From a virus (taxonomy: Duplodnaviria > Caudoviricetes), in the IMG/VR virus record IMGVR_UViG_3300029982_000009: a stretch of 64,000 nucleotides of DNA. The stretch is one strand, 5' to 3'. The notes beneath the pieces were generated by a model. The model was not told the origin of the DNA and made no database searches. It saw nothing but the letters and a program-made list of their open reading frames with translations. Numbering within the stretch: position 1 is the first letter of the stretch; every line of letters begins with the position of its first letter. The position numbers were made by a program, and so were the translations under genes. Positions 42,165 through 52,500 of this stretch are shown piece after piece.

Positions 42165-45100
42165 AAAATTATTATTCTTATTTTTATGTTTATTGCCCAT
42201 TAATTTAATTGCCCAAAATATAACAACCGTTAACATCCATAATGGGGGAACCGGAGCAAATACCGCCGCAGGAGCTTGGGCAAATCTTTTTACTGGCGCC
42301 GGCATTGCGGCTAACTGTCCTGTATTAGCAACCGCATCTAATGGAGCAATTACTTGCTCTAGTTTTACAGGATTGCCGTCTGGATGGACCGCAACAGGCA
42401 GTGGTAGTTCGCAGGTTGTAACAGCTCCTGGTACCTTCGCGGTAGGCACTCCGATCGCACCGTCGATTACCCTGGACGGGTCCACTGGTAATGGCACATT
42501 CTCAGGCAACGTCGCGGCTGGCGCTGTGAACAGTATTGTCTCTTCCTGCTCTTATGCTGGGGCGACCGCCGATGTGCAGATTACGGCGGCTCTCGCGGAC
42601 ATCTCTAGCGGCGGCACAGTGGATGCGCGATGCTACGGAGCATTAACAATCTATATTGCGGCGCAGGTGCATGTTGCTCCGGGTAGCATGTCAGGGCCTT
42701 CCCAAACGTTGCTCTTTGATCCTGCCACCAATGTACTTCCTTCGACAAACTCCACGAACATGTTCCTAAAGGGACCGAACGGAACGATCAAGGGCCTTCA
42801 TACTACTTTTCCTAGCACAGCAGCTTATACCGGGAAGGAAATCACAATCAACGAAAACTCTATTGATGGTGCCACGGGGGGAGTTGAGGACTTCAACTTC
42901 AATGTGAGTGCGGAGTCTGCCGAAGGGCAGCCGGGCGGTTATGGCATTTATGTATCTTCAACCGCCTCGTATTATGGCATTGCCTTCATTCCATTCAAGC
43001 ACATCCGCTGCTACGGAGGTTATCGCTGCATTTATATATCGGCTTCTTCTAACGGGTGGGTGAACGATAATATATTCGAAGATGTGCAGGCTACCGGAAG
43101 CGGGGCTGGAATCGAACTAAATGCCACGGGCAATCCTACTCTAGGCAATGCGATTAATAATACGTTTTTTGGCTATACCTATGAAAATCCGAGCGGAATT
43201 GGTGGTGTCGGAATTCTGTACTCAGGCACAAGTTTTATACAAAATAGCTTCATCGGCGGAGGCGCTTCTATAGACGGCACCGGCGCTGTATTTCAAAACA
43301 CAAACACCTTTGCAGCTTCGATTGGAAGCTTAAGTTACTTCAGCCCGATATGGGGAAACGTCAGTAATAATAGTTTCGCTTCTGGTACAGCCACGAATGG
43401 AACGGCGACGACTTCTTTTCAGACTAACTCTTCTCTGCTCAATAATGGGGTTACTTCCGCTGGAGAGAATCTAACTGGCTACGGTTTCGGGGTAAACGGT
43501 GCTGGTGGAAACTATTACCAGCAGGGCGCAGCATTCGGTGCTTATCTCAAAACCTTCAACACAGCAGGTTTCAAGTGGTACTGCATGTACGGGTCCAATA
43601 ATCCATCTCTCTGTGCGACGCTTGATCCAAGCGGAAATTTTCTAGTTCCAGGATCGATGTCTTCTCCGGCGATTATTCCTACTAACATCACTCCCAGCAC
43701 GTCTCCGGTCTGCGCCAACGGCACAGGCGGGGCGCTTACAACGACGGGGTGCGCAGGCGGTAGCGGCAGCTATCTTCCCCTCACTGGCGGCACGCTGACC
43801 GGCGCACTCAGCGGCACCAGCGCATCGTTCTCAGGCAACGTCGCGGCTGGCGCTGTGAATGGAGTTTATTCTGTGGCACAGTTTCCCGGCGCAGATGTGG
43901 GTGCAAAGATCAATGCCTGCCTTGCCGCGCTGCCGTCTGGAAAAGGAACATGCGATACACGCGGACTTGGCACAGGCGTCTTCCCAATGGCGCAGATTAC
44001 TATAGGGAACGGCCAGAAGTTACAATGCGACTTTGGGCAGGAATTTCAGCCGACGACCGCCGCTGAAACGATGGTGATTCAGAACAACAATTCTATCATC
44101 ACCGGATGTTGGTTTGACGCCTCAAATCAAGCGGCATTCTCTGGCGAAGTCATAAGCTATACTGACAATTACCGCGATGGAAGTCAGACAACCTTAGAGC
44201 ACTCGAAACTCACCGCCTATCCCGTCAGAACGGGCACTGCGATCTATATATCTGCAACGAACGCGGCTACGCAGTCGATTTACACGGTCGCGTTCAACGA
44301 TGTGACGATTGAGGGCTTTCAATACGGTCGATACCTCACAGCCACAACGACAGGTTTCATCAACTCGGTAAGCTTTAATGGGGTGCAGGATTCATATTCG
44401 ATCATCGGCACGGAAATCAATCCGACATCGACGGGACTGATAGCACGAAATAACTTTATCGCGGACAATTTTCAGGCCCTGATCCCCGGCGATATTGGAA
44501 TCCAAATCGATGGAGCGGGCACCTGGCAGCAGAATTATTGGACCAACCTCTCTATCTGGGACACGAACAACGGGATCGTCATCAACAACACGACGACTAA
44601 TGCAGGAAACTTCTTTTTCGGATCATTTGATGGGTATGCTGTAACCGACCCAACAGGTACTAACACCTTTTGCAATCAATACAATGGAGTTTGCAAATAT
44701 GGAAATACAATCACGCTGGAAGCAAGCTCTATCCGCTCGTTTGGTAGCGTCGGGGGCGCTAATCTCTATGCAGGTGGCGTGCTTCCGTTCGCGTCTCAAT
44801 CTGAGGCAATGGCGGGCTTCAACGCCTCCACGGGAAACGGAGAGGCAGACTGGTACACGGGACTCTATACCGGGGCGTCTTCTTATGCCCATCAGTGGTG
44901 GGCTCCGAATAGCAGCGGAACTGCATGGCAGTCGCTTATGACGCTGAACGATTCGGGGACCCTGACTCCAATCGGAGGTTTGAGCACTCCGATCCTAACT
45001 GTAGGCTCGATTACATCTCCGGCAGCCACATCAGCCACAGATTCCGCCTCGCTTGGACCAGAACTGACCACCAGCGGAACATGCAGCGGCACCGGCTGGA

Positions 45101-46104
45101 CAGGGACTTATCCCAACTACGTTGCACCTGGAACGACCGCACCGCTGACTTGCACAGGATTTACGAGTGGAAGTTTTTACCAGATTTCGGCAGGAATAAC
45201 AGGCAACACGGGCAGTGGGACGGTAACAGTCGCAATCGGGACAGCACAGACGTATACCAGCAGCACGGCGGCAAGCAGCACACTCACATTCAGTCCGAAG
45301 GCGAATGGAACTTCGCTTACCTACACGCCGACTGCGGCTTTTAACGGGACGATAGCGATCAGCGCAAAGAAGATCAACCCCATCACAACCTTTTCGTACA
45401 CGGGGAAAGACTCGACTGGCGCAGTATCGACTACCATGCTGTATCAAGGCTTGGCTTCTTTGCACAACATTTTCGAGGGCGGGGGCGGAACATATAACAC
45501 GACCGGCAGCTACAACTCCGCGCAGGGGTACAATGCCCTCTACTCCAACACGACCGGCAACTACAACTCCGCGCAGGGGTACAATGTCCTCTACTCCAAC
45601 ACGACCGGCAACTACAACTCCGCGCAGGGTTACCAGGCTGGTCAATTTATCAGCGACGGTTCGACAGCCAACGCAACCTCTTCAAACAGCGTCTACCTAG
45701 GCGCTAACACGGAGGCAAAGGCCAGCGGCGACACGAATGAAAATGTGATTGGCAACGGAGCAGTTGGGAACGGCAGCAACACCTCAACGGTGGGCAACAC
45801 TGCAACGGTGGGAACCTGGTTGAACGGCACTCAGCACATCACAGCAACAGCGCCCATAACCTCAGCGGGAACTATCGCGGCCTACTCCACCAATGCGGGT
45901 GGCGAGATCACCGGCCTGAGCGCGGCAACATCCGTGACTATCACCTTTGCCAATTCTGGATGGACAAATGCGGCGTTTTGCACGGCGAACGCGAGTACAA
46001 CGCTGGCAACCAACGTCTACAACAGCGCACAAAGCAACACGGCGGTGACGTTCACCTTCCCATCACTGACCGGCAACCTCTTCTATCACTGCGAAGGAAA
46101 CTAA
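42154..46104 (+). CDS. Tail fibre/spike-like beta-helix protein (receptor binding or depolymerase)
   Basis: 1316 aa, Gly/Ser/Thr/Asn-rich; two beta-helix-like modules; YadA-like 17-aa repeats; much GC-richer than the flanks. Confidence 0.75.
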   Translation: MLAKKLLFLFLCLLPINLIAQNITTVNIHNGGTGANTAAGAWANLFTGAGIAANCPVLATASNGAITCSSFTGLPSGWTATGSGSSQVVTAPGTFAVGTPIAPSITLDGSTGNGTFSGNVAAGAVNSIVSSCSYAGATADVQITAALADISSGGTVDARCYGALTIYIAAQVHVAPGSMSGPSQTLLFDPATNVLPSTNSTNMFLKGPNGTIKGLHTTFPSTAAYTGKEITINENSIDGATGGVEDFNFNVSAESAEGQPGGYGIYVSSTASYYGIAFIPFKHIRCYGGYRCIYISASSNGWVNDNIFEDVQATGSGAGIELNATGNPTLGNAINNTFFGYTYENPSGIGGVGILYSGTSFIQNSFIGGGASIDGTGAVFQNTNTFAASIGSLSYFSPIWGNVSNNSFASGTATNGTATTSFQTNSSLLNNGVTSAGENLTGYGFGVNGAGGNYYQQGAAFGAYLKTFNTAGFKWYCMYGSNNPSLCATLDPSGNFLVPGSMSSPAIIPTNITPSTSPVCANGTGGALTTTGCAGGSGSYLPLTGGTLTGALSGTSASFSGNVAAGAVNGVYSVAQFPGADVGAKINACLAALPSGKGTCDTRGLGTGVFPMAQITIGNGQKLQCDFGQEFQPTTAAETMVIQNNNSIITGCWFDASNQAAFSGEVISYTDNYRDGSQTTLEHSKLTAYPVRTGTAIYISATNAATQSIYTVAFNDVTIEGFQYGRYLTATTTGFINSVSFNGVQDSYSIIGTEINPTSTGLIARNNFIADNFQALIPGDIGIQIDGAGTWQQNYWTNLSIWDTNNGIVINNTTTNAGNFFFGSFDGYAVTDPTGTNTFCNQYNGVCKYGNTITLEASSIRSFGSVGGANLYAGGVLPFASQSEAMAGFNASTGNGEADWYTGLYTGASSYAHQWWAPNSSGTAWQSLMTLNDSGTLTPIGGLSTPILTVGSITSPAATSATDSASLGPELTTSGTCSGTGWTGTYPNYVAPGTTAPLTCTGFTSGSFYQISAGITGNTGSGTVTVAIGTAQTYTSSTAASSTLTFSPKANGTSLTYTPTAAFNGTIAISAKKINPITTFSYTGKDSTGAVSTTMLYQGLASLHNIFEGGGGTYNTTGSYNSAQGYNALYSNTTGNYNSAQGYNVLYSNTTGNYNSAQGYQAGQFISDGSTANATSSNSVYLGANTEAKASGDTNENVIGNGAVGNGSNTSTVGNTATVGTWLNGTQHITATAPITSAGTIAAYSTNAGGEITGLSAATSVTITFANSGWTNAAFCTANASTTLATNVYNSAQSNTAVTFTFPSLTGNLFYHCEGN
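45496..45633 (+). repeat. Tandem 51-bp coding repeat (about 2.7 copies)
   Basis: Units start at 45496, 45547 and 45598, encoding NTTGxYNSAQGYNxLYS. Confidence 0.9.
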
Positions 46105-46112
46105 GGAGCATC

Positions 46113-46484
46113 ATGGCAGACAGAATCACAACTATGCAGAGCAACTCGGATGGGAGCTACGACTTCGGCTTCCTGTTTGATAACGGCGCGGGAATCACCG
46201 GGGAGACGGATGTTAATGTTCTCGCTCCAATCGGCACCCCAGCGGTCTACGCCAGCGACGGAATTACGATCCTGACGGCGGCTGTCCCTGCGGAGAGCGG
46301 TTCTCACCCATCCAATTACTGGGCAAGCATGGTGTCGGGGGCTGAGGTCCAGTCAAGCAGTCATCATATCTGGATCAAGAACGTGGAGATCAGCTACATC
46401 TGGAGCACAGGTAGGTCCATAATGAAACTTCCTCCCCCATCCTTGTTTTTAGACCAAATAGGTAACTACATTAACAGGCTCTAA
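46113..46484 (+). CDS. Probable tail-fibre accessory protein
   Basis: MADRITTMQ start with AAGGAG RBS; same GC-rich block as the fibre gene. Confidence 0.6.
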   Translation: MADRITTMQSNSDGSYDFGFLFDNGAGITGETDVNVLAPIGTPAVYASDGITILTAAVPAESGSHPSNYWASMVSGAEVQSSSHHIWIKNVEISYIWSTGRSIMKLPPPSLFLDQIGNYINRL

Positions 46485-46515
46485 ATCTACTATTTTTCAA
46501 AGCATAAATATACTT

Positions 46516-49500
46516 ATGCCAATATCAAAAACAATAGATTTTTTACCGCCATATTTACGAACGCGTCCGAATAAAAGATTTCTAGATAGCACGTTAGATG
46601 TGCTAACTTCCCCACCACAACTATCTAGATTTAATGGTTATATCGGAAGACAATGGAAAAATGGCACATTGCTAGACGGCTCTTACCTATTAGAGTCAAC
46701 CGCGCCTAGGCAGAATTATCAATTAGAATCAGCGTTTGTTACGACAGACGACCAAAATAACATAACCAATATTTCTAATTTTATTGATGTACTTAATGCT
46801 ACCTCAAACAAAGATGGCATCGTATCTGACTGGGCTCGAATATTAACTTCCGGAATGTATAGTTGGAAGGGATTTGTCGACATCGACAAATTAATAAATT
46901 ATCAAAATTATTATTGGCTGTATCAACCGGTAGATAATATTCAATCCGTTAATGCATGGTACTGGAATAATAGCATAGAAATTAATGATTCTATTAATAA
47001 TGTGCAGGGCCATATTTCTTATATAACATCAGATAATATAACATTATTAGACGGCATGATTGTATCAATTGCTAACGTAAGTTATATTGTTGAAGGTGTT
47101 GGAAAAGAAATTGTTTTAATTCCGTTAACAAACATTCTAACTCCTTCGTTTGCCGCCGATCAAAATAATCCTCCTGATTATTTGACAATAAACCGTTCTG
47201 CTCCAGATCTTAATTTATGGAGTCGCTCAAACTTATGGGTACATAAAGATACAGTCAATGCTATAATATCAGCGCTGTCCTTGGAAAATACTCCCCAGAG
47301 TTTCATAGCAGCAAATCGGCCAATAATTGAATTTATACCTTTAGTTTTATTTGATCAGGGAAGAATTGGTCTATCACCAGTTACATACGTCGATTTTTAC
47401 ACACCTAATGCTTTTTCAATTGTACAAGGTGCAGCTAGTTTTTCATATAATGGTACATCACTAAAATCTGGTGATAGTGTAATTTTTGCCGGCGACAAAA
47501 ACAGCAACGTACGAGCAACACTTTATACCGTTAATTTTATTGATCCAAATAATACAAATAACTTTGTAATTCATCTTTCCCCATCGCAAGTCGCGGTCGA
47601 GAATAATTGTACATTGGTTACAAGCAGCAATGAGACAATAATATTTGACGGATCAAATTGGGCTGTATCCTCGCAGAATAAAACCGGTATTAATCAGGCG
47701 CCGTTATTTGATGTGTTTGATCTGAATGGTAATAGTCTTGCTAATGTTTCATTTTATCCAGATTCAGATTTTGCCGGCAGCAGTCTTTTTTCATATGAAA
47801 TTGGAGTAGGATTAAATGATTCTGTATTGGGATTTCCGCTGTCATATGGTCCAATTGGCAATCTAAACGATGTTATTTTTACAAATAATTATGTATCTGA
47901 TACTTTTTCCTATCTAACTACAGGAACCAATCCGCAAAGCATTATTATAGGAAGAGCGCACCAAATTGATTCGATTTCCCATGATGAATCAATATATGAT
48001 GCGTGGCAATATGTTAACGGTGATAGGCAATTATATCAAAATACTGTCGCTTTTGGATCGAATATTATTCGAATGGTTGGAACATTATTAAATGGATTGT
48101 CACCACAGATTTTTGTAGATGGCACCAAACTATCAGCCGATCAATTTACCGTTGTCCAACTCGGTGAAAAAATTGTTGTTACCATTAAATTTGATCTAAT
48201 CTCTGTAAATAGTGTTGTTTTTCTTAAAATTCAAAGTGCAACACCAATAACAAATGCTTGGTACGACGTTCCTTCGGCATTTAGCAATAATCCTCTAGGC
48301 CAAAGTTTGCCTGTATTAACAATGAGTAATATTAGAGATCATGCTACTACAAGCCAGGTTAACGCAAATGATTCTAGCCGCATAATAGACTTACAGCTTA
48401 ATTCTTATCAGGGCGTTGCTGGAAGTATGCTATATCAAGAATCATTACCAATTTTGCCAGCCCTATTATTAACAAACCCCCAGTTTGATATAGATCAGGC
48501 TATTAGATCAGCGGGTGAAGACTATATTTCCTTTAAACAAAAATTAATTAATACGTTTTCCCAGATTTCAAATGCGCAAAATTTATCATCGAAACAGGTG
48601 GTTGATACCGCATTACAGACTATTGCCTCGATTTACACATCTGGCCAACCCTGGGCTTCAAGCGATATGTGTTACTGGGGCGGGAAGCAAACGTCGATAA
48701 CAGTTTCTAATGTTAGAGCTGTTACATTTAATTTAACACAAGTTTATAATTGGAATGCTTCAAATTATCAATCGTTACAGGTTTACATAAATGGAACCCA
48801 ACTTACGTATGGAATTGATTATAAAACTACAGATAATATACTAACTATATTACGAACATTAAACCTAAAAGATTTAATTAATATATATGAGATTTCCAAC
48901 ACTAGTGGATCTTTCATACCGGCAACTCCAACTAAGTTAGGTCTTGCTGCGGCATTCATTCCGCAAATGTATATCGATTATACATATCAAACTCCTAGAA
49001 AAGTTATTCAAGGTCATGACGGAAGCATAACAGAATGCTTCAATGATTATCGTGATAATTTACTTTTGGATTATGAATTACGTGTATATAATAATCTTAA
49101 GGTTAACAATCAACAGTGGGTTGATATTATAGAAACCCGGGTTCATCAAACAAGTAAATTTGCAACCGGCGTTTATTCTGAAGCCGAACAATTAAATATT
49201 TCGCAAAGAATGTTTTATGAATGGACGGCACAATATAATATCAGTTCAGATAATAATTTCTACGACGAGAATAATCTATTTACCTGGAACTGGAATTCAA
49301 GTCTTGATAAATTTGGGCAACCATTATTAGGATACTGGAGGGGAATTTATGATTGGTTCTATAATTCCGAGAATGTAAATACTCGTCCATGGGAAATGCT
49401 TAATCTGTCGATTAAGCCGTCATGGTGGGATGCAACATATGGTCCAGCACCATATACCGGCGAAAATAATGTAATGTGGAATGATATTGCAAATGGTATT

Positions 49501-52500
49501 ATTCGTAATCCAAATGGCATTTCCCTTAGTAGTTATGGAACCAGAGTGGGAATGCTGGATGTTATTCCCGTGAACGAAAATGGTATTTTATTGAATCCTA
49601 ATGAGGCAGTAGTAGGAACATTTAATAATAGCTCCTCACCCGATGGATTTATTTATGGAGACTGCGGCCCAGTAGAAACTGCTTGGAAACGAAGTAGCAT
49701 ATATCCGTTTTCAAGATTACGCGCATTAATTCTTCAAAATCCTTTATTCATGCTAGGTACCACGTGGGATATGAATAATTATACCCCAACGAACGGGGCA
49801 TATCAATTTAAATTTCAAAATAATTTTTTCGCTTCAAATAATCAGATAATAATTAATAGCGTCGATGCAACCCCTGTTAATAGCATCGTTAATTATTCAG
49901 TAGAATATATTCGACGCAATGGGCAGGATCCTTCTATATTAAGAACAACATTAAATTCTACATTTGTAGAATTAGCTTACAGTATGGCAGGATTTACCGA
50001 TGTTCAAAATTTATCGGTATTTGCTTCGCCGAACAACCCAGCAGATGTCGGGGCCGAGGAAATGATCCCGGATGCCGATTACTCCTTGTTCCTTAATACT
50101 AGCACCCCGGTAGGTACAATCAATTATAGTGGGGTAATTATCTCAATTGCCGGCAATAATACGGGGTATAAAATAACTGGATACAATCGTAATAATCCAT
50201 ACTTTACCATTTATGCCGCTGCCACCACCGCGGCGTCGATTCCGTTGGGAGTTGGAAATAATAACTTTACATATCCTGCTATTTTCAGTAGTAAAACAAC
50301 AATTATACCTTATAATACAACATTGCCGGATCAGCAATCGGTTATTAATTTTCTTGCAGGATATGGTCAATTTTTATTAACAAATGGAATTTCATTTAAT
50401 GTAAACATCGATCAAGATAAAATCGACTGGTCAAATGCGGCTCTGCAATTTGTTAAATGGAGTCTAGTTAATTGGGGAAGCAATGATCTATCATTAGTTC
50501 TTAATCCTAGTTCTGCAATAATTGAATACACAGCAACGTCCGGAACTTTATATGATTTATCGGATCCACTGTCTAGTCTAGTTCTCGATGTAAATGGTAA
50601 TTCTGTTGATCCTAAATATTTCGATGTATATAGAACTGGGAATACAGTATCTATAACAAATCAAGACGGCAGCGTATTTGCGTGCATCGCTGCAAATATT
50701 GTTAACTATGAACACCGATTTGTTATTAATAATGTTTCAGAATTTAATGATATAATTTACGACCCCGTCACTGGATCGCGACAAAATAGACTCTTAATAT
50801 CTGGGCAGAAAACAGCCAACTGGACTGGCTCTCTAGATATTCCTGGCTTTATTTTAACAACAAATCAAGTTGATTCCTGGATTCCAAATAAAGATTATCT
50901 ATTGGGTGCAGTGGTTAAATGGAAAAATTTTAATTACATCGCGAACTCTGACATTATAGGAGCTGCTTCTTTCCAATATAGTCAATTTAAGCGTATTTCT
51001 ACAACTTTTACAAATCAATTACTACCAAACCTATCACTTAAAGCTGTTGATTTAAGTAATGCATACAATATTAATTATCGACCATATTTAACAGACTTAG
51101 TGACACTAAGAAATAACACTATTGGGTACGTCGAGCGAGACTGGCTATCTTCATTGGGCATCGATCCAGCCGGGCAAACAAATTTTTATCGAGGATGGAT
51201 TAAAGAAAAAGGCACGGTAAATGCGCTGAACAGTTACGGACGCGGGTCTACCTCGAAGTTTAACACCCAGGTTTCATTAAATGAAGAATACGCAATGAAA
51301 GTCGGTGAATACGGTGCCACAGCTAGAACCGGATATGGTGACGTGAGTCTTCCACCCTCAACCAATACACAAAATCCATTGGTTATATCGTTTGTCTCTA
51401 CTCCAGATATCAACGATACCTCAACAATTCAAGTTACTCCATTTAATCTATATGAAAAATCTACTAACTGGCAGAATGATTTTATTCAAAATTATGGTAA
51501 TCTTAAATTAACCAATCCTAAATTCATTGACGGCGGGCCAATATTACCAGAAAATATTATTTCTCAGGCCTATCAAAAAATTCCAGAATTTATCGAATCA
51601 GATGAAGCATCATTATTCTTTGCAAATATTTCGACAATGATGCAAAGCACCTCACAAGATAATATATTAAAAATCGCTGAAAATCAGGGTTCATTTTGGA
51701 TCGAGTCTAATACACTTGCCGATGGACCAAATCAATGGGATGTTATAACTTTTACCGGAGCAAACACAAAAATAAACTCTATAACCCAACTAACATCTAA
51801 TTCTATTAGTTTTGGAATTTCGACGGATATCGGAGTAGTTAAAAATGATGTTATTATTATTGATCATTCTGATACTAATTCAAATATTTCCATCAGAGGA
51901 ACTTTTAAAATTTTAGATTACTATATTGCACCTACTGCAAATAGCTATGCAAATCTAACGATTGTAGGTAATTTTGCAAATTCAAATATCTCAAATATTA
52001 GTTACGTTCCGGCGTGGGATGAATTGTCAATATGGACTAACCGAAGTCTAAGAGGAAAATCTATAGCCGAAAGTAATATATCAGCGGTTGACGATCATAT
52101 ATATGTTACAACCGATTCTTTTGGTGAAGCAGCATATACACTAATTACCCCATATGCCACCGAAATAGCATATGAGGATGTAATTAATCAAGATTTAGTT
52201 GCCTCTTTATTCTATGATTCTGCTTCACAAATGATATGGTCCGGAAAACCATCATCGGCTGATGGTTTTGGAGAAGTAGAAATACGAGTGTTATCACAAA
52301 CAATTACTTCAAATAATATTGCTCTACCTGCGTTAGATTCTAAAATATATGCAATTGAGCCGTTAAATCCGACAACCTTTAATTTGGGCCGAAAAGTTAT
52401 ATGCCATCAAGGAATAGGAGCAATCTCAGCAACAACAAGATACAATAATATTCTTACTAATATTGGACAGGTATATATTACTCAATTAAACGACTTAAAT

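Noticed and set aside
45496-45633. CRISPR-like or DGR-like repeat
   Set aside because: Contiguous 51-bp in-frame coding repeats with no spacers, no adenine-specific variation and no reverse transcriptase in the window.
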